DNA of 64,000 bases, from the IMG/VR virus record IMGVR_UViG_3300005573_001011, positions 32,001 through 96,000 of that record; one strand, given 5' to 3'. The position numbers and the translations under genes were made by a program. The stretch comes from a virus. A model generated the notes under the pieces. That model had not been told where the DNA came from and ran no database searches. It saw nothing but the letters and a program-made list of their open reading frames with translations. Each line of letters begins with the position of its first letter. The first letter of the stretch is position 1. Shown here piece by piece: positions 56,804 through 64,000 of this stretch.

Positions 56804-57691
56804 GTGTTCACTCAGCTCTGGCGTAATCCAAACTGTAGGTTATGTTCGCTTTATAAGAATGCAGAACACGTCTGTTTAATGGGTGTCGGGGCTATCCCAG
56901 CTGAAATTGCTATCTACGGAGAAGGACCAGGTAGAGACGAAGATAAAAAGGGAGAGCCCTTTGTCGGGATGTCTGGGAGAGTCATAACTAAAATCCTCGA
57001 AGACCTTGGCATTAGACGAGAAGATATTTTCATGTCTAATGTCGTTAAATGCAAAGTCACGGCACAAACTGGAAAGCCTACTGAAGAACAGATTCATACA
57101 TGTACTGAGGTGTACACTACTTGGGAACTTAGAAGAGTTAGACCAAAACTAATAATTTGTCTTGGTAAAGCCGCGTTATATGGGATTACGAGACAGAAAG
57201 ATAGTATCGAAAAGCTCCGTAGAACAGTTCTGAAGTCTGATGGAGAAAGGCGTATTCCGACAGTTGTAACTTACCACCCTGCTTTGAGTTTTCACAAAGG
57301 GAAAAAGATTGTTGAAGCAATACGAGACGACATAAGGTGGGCTATAGAAACAGTCTTAGGAAGGAAGATAACAATGAAAGTACGTGAGCAAAAAATGCCA
57401 AAACGTATTCCGCCGGGGAAATCGTTGTACGATAAGTATGTAAAAATGACCCCGACACAGTTAGATAAATCTATAAAAGACTATGAGAAAGAAGCCGGAA
57501 TCTCTCAAAAAGATTTACAGAGAACTCAGGCTCTACTGAAGTCTAGACCAAAACCAGAAATCGCTAAACCTATAACGAAACTAAAACTAAGTGAAACTAT
57601 TTCGCACTTGGTAGACTCATACTTGGAACAAGCTTGTCCTGGAAGCAAGGTCAGATCTGTGCGAAGAAGTTCTAAAGAAAGGAAAAAGTGA
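56804..57691 (+). CDS. Family-4-like uracil-DNA glycosylase with a basic C-terminal extension
   Basis: C..C.L, GEGPG..ED..G.PFVG, SNVVKC, TYHPA. Confidence 0.85.
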   Translation: MFTQLWRNPNCRLCSLYKNAEHVCLMGVGAIPAEIAIYGEGPGRDEDKKGEPFVGMSGRVITKILEDLGIRREDIFMSNVVKCKVTAQTGKPTEEQIHTCTEVYTTWELRRVRPKLIICLGKAALYGITRQKDSIEKLRRTVLKSDGERRIPTVVTYHPALSFHKGKKIVEAIRDDIRWAIETVLGRKITMKVREQKMPKRIPPGKSLYDKYVKMTPTQLDKSIKDYEKEAGISQKDLQRTQALLKSRPKPEIAKPITKLKLSETISHLVDSYLEQACPGSKVRSVRRSSKERKK

Positions 57692-57694
57692 AAA

Positions 57695-58039
57695 ATGAAG
57701 TTTAGAACCGACTTCGTAACGAACAGTTCTTCAGCTAGTTTTATCTTGTTTGTGGAATCGACTGCCGCAAACAAGCAAGAGTTTGAAGAATCGCTAAAAA
57801 AACTTTTTGCAGAGTATAGTAGAGACTTTCAGAAAGAAGAGTCTCTTCCAAAAAGTGAGCAAATAAAGCACATTTTTGGAAGTCTCTATGCTATTAATGA
57901 CATGACAATCATGTTTAATGACTACGATGACGTCCCCCACTACATGCGGTACATGCTTCTGAGACATCATATAGACGATGACTTGCTAAAGTTTGGCATT
58001 AAGAGTTTAAAGTTGGAGATTGTCAGAAACCACATCTAG
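57695..58039 (+). CDS. Conserved phage protein (MKxRxDFVTNSSS type)
   Basis: N-terminus MKFRTDFVTNSSSASFI. Confidence 0.7.
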   Translation: MKFRTDFVTNSSSASFILFVESTAANKQEFEESLKKLFAEYSRDFQKEESLPKSEQIKHIFGSLYAINDMTIMFNDYDDVPHYMRYMLLRHHIDDDLLKFGIKSLKLEIVRNHI

Positions 58040-58112
58040 CTACATGTTGCTATGAGAACAAAAAATAAATAACGTGTGGCTTATCTTGTAGCAAAAAATA
58101 GGAGGAAAAAAG

Positions 58113-58889
58113 ATGGGGATTAGGAAAAAGTTAAACATACTGATAGCTCTTAGAGAAGCTCTGTCCGAGCAACTCACGAAAAAAGAGCATAAGAAGTTTG
58201 TGCTCGAAGAAGCTTCAGACTACGAAGTTGTGCACTTAGTAGCGACTGGAAAGTTTCCGAAAGCGATAGCTGACTTAAAAGAAGAGTGGAGAGTGTTTGA
58301 CGAAATTCGTCTTTATGTTTTAGAGAACTTCGGTAAATTCTGCGAGAAAGCTGGTGTCGAAGCTGCAGAAGAGTTTGTGCTTGAGTTCGATCCAGTTTCT
58401 CAGCTTGGTCTCTCTTCTTCGAAAAAATTCTTGGCTGAAAGTTACTTGATTGACGAGAACGGAAAGATAGTGTCTGAAGATGTTCTTCGAGAAGTTGTAA
58501 ATGTTGTAGAAAACTTGGAGGAAGGAGCAGCTGGTAAATTAATACGAGCGCCTTTAAAACTGATCAAAGGTGCCAAGAAGCCCGCTGCAACGAAAGCAGC
58601 TGCTACGCAAAAGTTGAGAAACGCGTTAGCAGATATTGGGCAAAGAATATCGAATGGGAAAAAAGCTCTGGCTCAGTTAGCCCAAAGGATAAAAACATCC
58701 TCTGGTACTGCAAAAGAGAGTTTAAAAGCTCAGCATAAGAAACAAGCAGAACACTTAAAGAAACTTAGAGCAAAACAAGCACAACTAAAAGCAGAACTCA
58801 TTAAGACAAGAGCCAGAAAAATAGCTCTTGGTGCTGGAGCAGCTGCTGGTGTCGCTGGTGCTTATGCCTACACGAAAAAGAAGAAGTAA
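58113..58889 (+). CDS. Putative internal head protein (acidic pro-region, basic mature part)
   Basis: LEEG junction, then K/A-rich helix and a hydrophobic tail; GAACAAA upstream. Confidence 0.55.
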   Translation: MGIRKKLNILIALREALSEQLTKKEHKKFVLEEASDYEVVHLVATGKFPKAIADLKEEWRVFDEIRLYVLENFGKFCEKAGVEAAEEFVLEFDPVSQLGLSSSKKFLAESYLIDENGKIVSEDVLREVVNVVENLEEGAAGKLIRAPLKLIKGAKKPAATKAAATQKLRNALADIGQRISNGKKALAQLAQRIKTSSGTAKESLKAQHKKQAEHLKKLRAKQAQLKAELIKTRARKIALGAGAAAGVAGAYAYTKKKK

Positions 58890-58939
58890 GTGAGGGTTGC
58901 CAAAAGTCTGTTTTCACTAACTTCTTTTTCAAATAAAAT

Positions 58940-59641
58940 ATGACAAGCAAAGCTTTTACAAATTCTTTAAGAGTTGCTGCGTCTTCTCTTTGCGAAGACA
59001 GACAGCTTGCACGATTCTTCATGAAGGAGGCTACTACACACGACCTCCTCTCTTTCTTGACCTGTGGTAAGCTCGTTAAACGGAGTAGTCTTTTCTCAGA
59101 ACTTTTCTTAGTGAGTGCTGTAAAAGAATCTGTTGCACAATGCTCGTGTTTGCTAGAGGGAATTGTTGAGAAAGATGTTGTCCAGGATTTTGTAGATGAG
59201 TTAGAGACACTTGAAAAGAGTGTGTTGCAAGAAGGCATTCGTTCGTGGCTTGCATCCAAACTTGGTTGGAAAATCGCTAAAAAAGCTGCTCTAGCTGGTG
59301 CTCTTGCAGCGGTTTTCCATACTACTGGAATTCCTATAGCGACGGGAATTCTTGTTGCTTTATTGATTTATGCAGCGTACAAGATCTTTACGAGATACTT
59401 CTCAAAAGCTGCTAGAGCGTGTTGGGGCAAGTCTGGAAAAGAAAGAGCTCTTTGTATATTGTCGTATAAAGTAAACGCTTTAAAAGCACAAGAAAGAGAA
59501 CTGCTCAGTTCTATGTCACTCTGTTCTAAAGCGAAACAGCCAGAGAAATGCAGGGAAGCGATACGAAAGAAGATTTCTAAAGTACGTGACAAAATAGACC
59601 GAGCGAGGAGTGAAGCAGCAGTTCTTAGACTCGAGTTCTGA
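58940..59641 (+). CDS. Putative internal head protein with the 4-Cys domain
   Basis: N-terminus paralogous to 58113; C-terminus paralogous to 4686 and 3783. Confidence 0.6.
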   Translation: MTSKAFTNSLRVAASSLCEDRQLARFFMKEATTHDLLSFLTCGKLVKRSSLFSELFLVSAVKESVAQCSCLLEGIVEKDVVQDFVDELETLEKSVLQEGIRSWLASKLGWKIAKKAALAGALAAVFHTTGIPIATGILVALLIYAAYKIFTRYFSKAARACWGKSGKERALCILSYKVNALKAQERELLSSMSLCSKAKQPEKCREAIRKKISKVRDKIDRARSEAAVLRLEF

Positions 59642-59642
59642 A

Positions 59643-59858
59643 ATGAGAATAGAAGACATAACACCACAGAATGTGTTTAGCATTTCTTCGAGTGAGCTTA
59701 GTAGTTTGCATAGAAAAGTCCACCAGCTCTACGGAATGTTTAAGAAGACAAAGACAGCAAGTACAATTCTTACTCTAAAAAACAAGCACGATCTTATATC
59801 TAAAGAATTAGAAAAAAGAAAGTTTCCACACTCTAAGTCAGATTTGGAGGAGAACTAG
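59643..59858 (+). CDS. Small hypothetical protein
   Basis: MRIEDIT...LHRKVHQLY. Confidence 0.6.
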   Translation: MRIEDITPQNVFSISSSELSSLHRKVHQLYGMFKKTKTASTILTLKNKHDLISKELEKRKFPHSKSDLEEN

Positions 59859-60289
59859 TGCAAGCGATTTTAACTCGGTTTAGAAGTTCTGAGCAGGGAA
59901 CTCTTGGCACTCTTTTTATCCCAGAAGTAAACTTCTCTTGTTACACTATAGAATTGCCATGGTTAGATAATAAACCACGTATAAGTTGCATTCCAATTGG
60001 TGAATATAAAGTAATTCCATATTCTTCTGCTAAGTTCGGGCAGACTTATCTATTGCTAGGAGTTCCGAACAGAACAGGAATACTAATACATACTGGTAAT
60101 CTAGCTGGAGACAAGTCCAAAGGTTATATAACTCATTCCCAAGGGTGCATTCTCGTTGGGAAAAAGACAGGACTAATTAGCGGCCAGAAAGCGGTTCTCT
60201 TTTCTGTTTCTGCTATGGTCGAACTAAGATTAGCTGTTGGAAAAAATCAGTTTAGTTTAGTAGTGAAGGAGGGTTTGAAAGAATGTTAG
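59858..60289 (+). CDS. DUF5675-like protein (candidate cell-wall enzyme)
   Basis: GTLG, TIELPW.DN, CIP.GEY, ILIH.GN, GCILVG. Confidence 0.75.
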   Translation: MQAILTRFRSSEQGTLGTLFIPEVNFSCYTIELPWLDNKPRISCIPIGEYKVIPYSSAKFGQTYLLLGVPNRTGILIHTGNLAGDKSKGYITHSQGCILVGKKTGLISGQKAVLFSVSAMVELRLAVGKNQFSLVVKEGLKEC

Positions 60290-60849
60290 AAATTCTAAGT
60301 GCGATTTTTGGTGGAGGTGCCACTGGTTTACTTGGTGGTGTTTTGACGAAAATTTTCGATTACTACACTAATAAGCAAAGATTGGAGCAACTTAGAGAAC
60401 AGTGGAAACATGAAGAAGCAATGCTAGAGAAAGAGTCTCAAAGAGACGTACTAATAGCTAAACAAGAAGCTGTAGCAAAAATAGAAGCTGCAGAAGCAGA
60501 AGCTATGGCAGAATCGTTCAGGTCAGATAAAGCTTCGTATTCAGCAAGTCTTCCTTTTGCGCAACTTCCCCCTAGTGTCCAGAAGTGGGTTGCGATAGCT
60601 CTCGTATTTGTAGACTTCGTAAGAGGAATTACAAGACCTGGTTTGACGATCTACTTGTGTGCTGTTTCTACTTACTTCTACATTAAGTTGCAGCAAATTC
60701 TAGCTCAAGCTGGGACTCCTATTTCTGCGGAACAGGCTTTCGAGTTGAGCAAAATGATTGTTGTAGCAATGCTTTACTTAACAACCACAGCCGTTGGTTG
60801 GTGGTTTGCAAGTAGGACAAAGCTAAACGATATTATTCAGAAAAAGTAG
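60283..60849 (+). CDS. Holin-like membrane protein
   Basis: TM segments, 'RP.LT' and 'WWFASR'. Confidence 0.6.
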   Translation: MLEILSAIFGGGATGLLGGVLTKIFDYYTNKQRLEQLREQWKHEEAMLEKESQRDVLIAKQEAVAKIEAAEAEAMAESFRSDKASYSASLPFAQLPPSVQKWVAIALVFVDFVRGITRPGLTIYLCAVSTYFYIKLQQILAQAGTPISAEQAFELSKMIVVAMLYLTTTAVGWWFASRTKLNDIIQKK

Positions 60850-60897
60850 TTTATACTACTTTTTTGCGAAATAAAAAAACGGAAGGAGAAAAAAACA

Positions 60898-61746
60898 ATG
60901 GAAAGAAAGGAATTAAGTAGAGAAGAACTGCATAAGAAGATTCTTTATCCAGTGGTTCGTGTACGGACAGAAAAAGCTGGCGGGTCGGGGACCATAATCT
61001 ACTCAAAGCCAGATGCGAAAAATCCAGAAGAGTACTTGAACTTCGTTATGACGTGCGAACACGTTATAGACGACGCTATTACCACGAAAGACGATTGGGA
61101 TAGTCTTCTTAAAAAGCAGATCAAGAAAGAGTTTACAAAGCAAGTTCTTGTAGAAGCATTCGACTACGTCTACCTTTCTCAAGTGAATAGCATTAATTCT
61201 CATAAAGCGGAGATAGTAGCATACGACAAGCACAAAGATATCGCTCTTTTAAGAGTACTGACACCGAAGAAGTTCGAACATGTAGCTGAAATAATTCCGA
61301 AAGAAAATATTCCGTCTATAAAATTGTTTACGAATGTTTACGCGTGCGGTTGTTCGCTAGGTCATGAACCGTTCGCTAACTGGGGCCAGATTACTTTCTT
61401 GAGAGAAGACATCGACAACCAGCCATATATAATGAACAATGCTTCAAGTATATTCGGAAACAGTGGGGGAGCTTTATTCTTGGCTGAGACTGGACAGCAG
61501 GTTGGAATTTCGGCAAGAATTACTGGGTTACAACTGGGCTTCGGGTTTGACGTTATAACTTGGATGGGCTTTGCTATCCACCCAGAAACGATCTATAAGT
61601 TCTTTGAAGAACAAGAACTGAGATTTATATTCGATCCGAACGACACTTACTGGGATGCCTTAGAGAGACGAAAAGAAAAACAAGAGAAAGCACTAATGAC
61701 GATGAGAGACGATAGCAAAGCAGAAACTCCTTTGACACCAAGGTAA
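60898..61746 (+). CDS. Trypsin-like serine protease
   Basis: GSG, TCEHV, DIALL, GNSGG. Confidence 0.85.
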   Translation: MERKELSREELHKKILYPVVRVRTEKAGGSGTIIYSKPDAKNPEEYLNFVMTCEHVIDDAITTKDDWDSLLKKQIKKEFTKQVLVEAFDYVYLSQVNSINSHKAEIVAYDKHKDIALLRVLTPKKFEHVAEIIPKENIPSIKLFTNVYACGCSLGHEPFANWGQITFLREDIDNQPYIMNNASSIFGNSGGALFLAETGQQVGISARITGLQLGFGFDVITWMGFAIHPETIYKFFEEQELRFIFDPNDTYWDALERRKEKQEKALMTMRDDSKAETPLTPR

Positions 61747-61801
61747 AAGATTACAGCTTAGTTAGTGTTGTAGAACAAAATAATGGAGGGTACAATAGAA
61801 A

Positions 61802-62092
61802 ATGGATAGTCAGACTTTTGCGCTTGTGCTAGCTGGATTAGTCTCACCGTTTGTTACGTGGCTAGTGAAAAAAGTCTTTAGTAATCCCCAGAGTTACGGA
61901 GCTCTTTGGTTAGCTTTTGTCGTTTCAGTTGTTTTAGCTTTTATAGCTGAAGCTTACACAAAGGGCTTCACGGGTTTTCCGTCCATTCTTGAACCAGCTG
62001 CTATTGTTTCGTGGTTCGTCGATAAAGCACTTGTGGTTTTTGGCATTAGCCAAGTTGTTTACCAAAATTTAAAGTCTAAGTTAAGCTTATAA
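61802..62092 (+). CDS. Small 3-TM holin-like protein
   Basis: Three hydrophobic segments; GAACAAA upstream. Confidence 0.55.
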   Translation: MDSQTFALVLAGLVSPFVTWLVKKVFSNPQSYGALWLAFVVSVVLAFIAEAYTKGFTGFPSILEPAAIVSWFVDKALVVFGISQVVYQNLKSKLSL

Positions 62093-62111
62093 GTAGCGGA
62101 GGTATAAAAAG

Positions 62112-62351
62112 ATGTCTATACTTGACGAGTATTTAAGCTATGTAGAAGAAGCTAAGAAAAAGAGGAAGTTCTGGATTCAAAAAGCTATTGAGAAACCAGG
62201 TGCATTGCATAGAGCGCTTGGTGTTCCTCCTGGCGAAAAGATCCCGGCTAAAATGTTAAAAGTTAAACCGAGTGATTCACCACGTCTAAAGAAAATGAAG
62301 ATTCTGGCTCAAACTTTAAGGAAGATAGCAAAAAGACGAAAGAAAGGTTAA
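62112..62351 (+). CDS. Small basic protein with an acidic propeptide (putative DNA-binding head protein)
   Basis: ILDEYLSYVEE followed by WIQKAIEKPGALH..LGVP.GEKIP. Confidence 0.65.
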   Translation: MSILDEYLSYVEEAKKKRKFWIQKAIEKPGALHRALGVPPGEKIPAKMLKVKPSDSPRLKKMKILAQTLRKIAKRRKKG

Positions 62352-62809
62352 TGCATAAAGCTCTTTCTCTAACTTTTTTTTTGCTTTTCTCGCTAGTTTT
62401 TCAGTGCTCTGCTAGTTCTACACAAGAAACCAAAACTATCTTTTTCGAAAATGCTGGTTACTCGATTACAGTACCAGCTTGGGTTCCAGACTTCAGCAAG
62501 TGGTACGGTTCAGTTGTTTCAAAGAGAGTAGAGGGATCTCAAAGAATACTTATCTTCTGGCGTGCTAGCAACCCTCAAGATAGTAGTCAAACTGTTTTCG
62601 CTCTCTCGATTGTAGACTTGAATAGTGAAACACCATGGAAAATCTTCCATATAGGTGTTAAAGATAGACAAAGGACAAAGCATTGCACAGATTTGCAGTT
62701 TCTTTCTACCTCACGCCAGTCTTTCTTCTTTACAGAAACCAAAGATTTTCCACCCTATGAAAGTGTTCTTAACTTACTCTTGTCGTTTTTGCCGTGTGTC
62801 TCCTTGTAA
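62351..62809 (+). CDS. Secreted hypothetical protein
   Basis: Signal-peptide-like N-terminus. Confidence 0.55.
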   Translation: MHKALSLTFFLLFSLVFQCSASSTQETKTIFFENAGYSITVPAWVPDFSKWYGSVVSKRVEGSQRILIFWRASNPQDSSQTVFALSIVDLNSETPWKIFHIGVKDRQRTKHCTDLQFLSTSRQSFFFTETKDFPPYESVLNLLLSFLPCVSL

Positions 62810-62830
62810 AACATTACTTGTAGCTAGAGT

Positions 62831-62858
62831 GGGGCTCTCTTGAGCCCCAGTTTTTTTT
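62831..62858 (+). terminator. Rho-independent terminator
   Basis: ggggctc-tctt-gagcccc followed by T8. Confidence 0.8.
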
Positions 62859-63097
62859 CGGCCAATGCACAAGGTCAGCTTAGAACAAACTTTAAATGAA
62901 GTTCCTAAAACAACAGTTCAAGATAAGAAAGCTCGATAAAAGGAGAGCTCGGAAACCTAGACTACGTATGCCTGTGCCAAAGCCAGGCTGGGCTTTTAAA
63001 GACAGAAAAAAGTACGATCGAAACGAAAACAAAGAGATAGAAAGAGAAGCTCTTCGTCTAGCTCTCAGCTCAGACAATGGAGTGGAGGAGTAGCTGT

Positions 63098-63943
63098 ATG
63101 CAAAACCAAGACATTCTTCTTGAGTCGTACTTGCGGTTTTTGGACACGGAAGAAAAGTTTTTCATAGTGAACGAAGACTTGTTAACTAAGTCTAAAGAAT
63201 GGTTAGAAAAGAAGAAAGAAGAGGTAGAACGAGGCTTTAGAAAGAATCTTGAATTACTCAAAAGATTTTTACTAAAGTACGGTGTAGACGTAGAAAGAGT
63301 GTCTAGAAAAGCTAGACACTTGACACATACGATAAAGAGTGACTTAAAAGCTAGAAGAGATCCGAAAGACGTAGCTGCTAAAATTACTAAAGGAATGAAG
63401 AAGATAGTTCTCACGGAACTCAAATCTATTAAAGAGAGAAGTGGTGAACTAACTTTAGGAGAAAAAGTTATCGGAGCTATTGTTTTAATGATAGGGCTAC
63501 TAGTGGCACTGTTCGTTGTAGACCAACTAGTTGCACCATTAATTGGACTTGGAGCTGCCTCTCCTCTAGCTATTGCTTCTGCACCACTAGCTTCTTTTAT
63601 TAGAATGTGCGTTATTGCACCACTTCTTGAAGAAACCTTTAAGAGAATTGCTGTCTTAAAAGATTATCCCTTCGTTTATACGACAGTTTTCGGGCTGACA
63701 GAACTTGCACAGTACGTTGTAAGTGCTTCTGCTTTTGGTATGTCTCTTCCAGCTATGGTAACAGCAAGAGTACTATCGCTATCTTTTCACTATCTAACGA
63801 CACTAATTCAGTATCGTTTCCACAAGAAAGCCGAAGAAATAGGAGAAAAAGAGAAGAGCTATCTTGGATACATTATTGCTGTGGCTATTCACGCATCATG
63901 GAATAGCTTAGCTACTCTGTGCTTTCTTTTAGCACGACGATAA
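63098..63943 (+). CDS. PrsW/CPBP-like intramembrane glutamic metalloprotease with a soluble N-terminal region
   Basis: APLLEETFKR, E, FH and IHASWN motifs in TM helices; GGAGG RBS before ATG 63098. Confidence 0.75.
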   Translation: MQNQDILLESYLRFLDTEEKFFIVNEDLLTKSKEWLEKKKEEVERGFRKNLELLKRFLLKYGVDVERVSRKARHLTHTIKSDLKARRDPKDVAAKITKGMKKIVLTELKSIKERSGELTLGEKVIGAIVLMIGLLVALFVVDQLVAPLIGLGAASPLAIASAPLASFIRMCVIAPLLEETFKRIAVLKDYPFVYTTVFGLTELAQYVVSASAFGMSLPAMVTARVLSLSFHYLTTLIQYRFHKKAEEIGEKEKSYLGYIIAVAIHASWNSLATLCFLLARR

Positions 63944-64000
63944 GATTAAGTCTGGAGACTAAACTATGCCTTTGTCGTCAACTGTTCTTGTTCCAGACCT

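Noticed and set aside
1-64000. Genome-wide stop-codon reassignment (TAG)
   Set aside because: Genes are long and intact in code 11, and many end in TAG followed by intergenic DNA or the next start. Only one in-frame TAG was noticed.

Overview
This 64-kb window comes from a large, AT-rich tailed bacterial virus (GGAGG ribosome-binding sites, rho-independent terminators). It carries a T4-type head module: DnaB/gp41-like helicase, acidic scaffold-like protein, gp20-like portal, gp21-like prohead protease and gp23-like major capsid protein. It also has a minus-strand island of small accessory genes, a tail/fibre region with two collagen-like (Gly-Tyr-Ser/Gly-Ile-Ser)n proteins (one of 3049 aa), many glycosyltransferases, methyltransferases and kinases, several proteases, DNA-repair glycosylases and candidate lysis genes. 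The most striking signal is an apparent virus-encoded, RiPP-like protein-modification toolkit with three parts. (i) A radical SAM/SPASM enzyme whose C-terminal extension has its own RBS and ATG and carries the same CxCxxxCY motif that is repeated about 14 times in a 39-Cys protein in the fibre region. (ii) A twice-repeated pair of a transglutaminase-like peptidase and a PanC-like amide ligase, each pair directly upstream of a repetitive protein. (iii) Glycosylation and glycan-capping enzymes, with one glycosyltransferase block flanked by inverted copies of a self-contained mini-gene cassette. Two candidate promoter motifs (GAACAAA and CTATATATATTT) recur in intergenic DNA. All family assignments come from motif recognition by eye; no searches were run.
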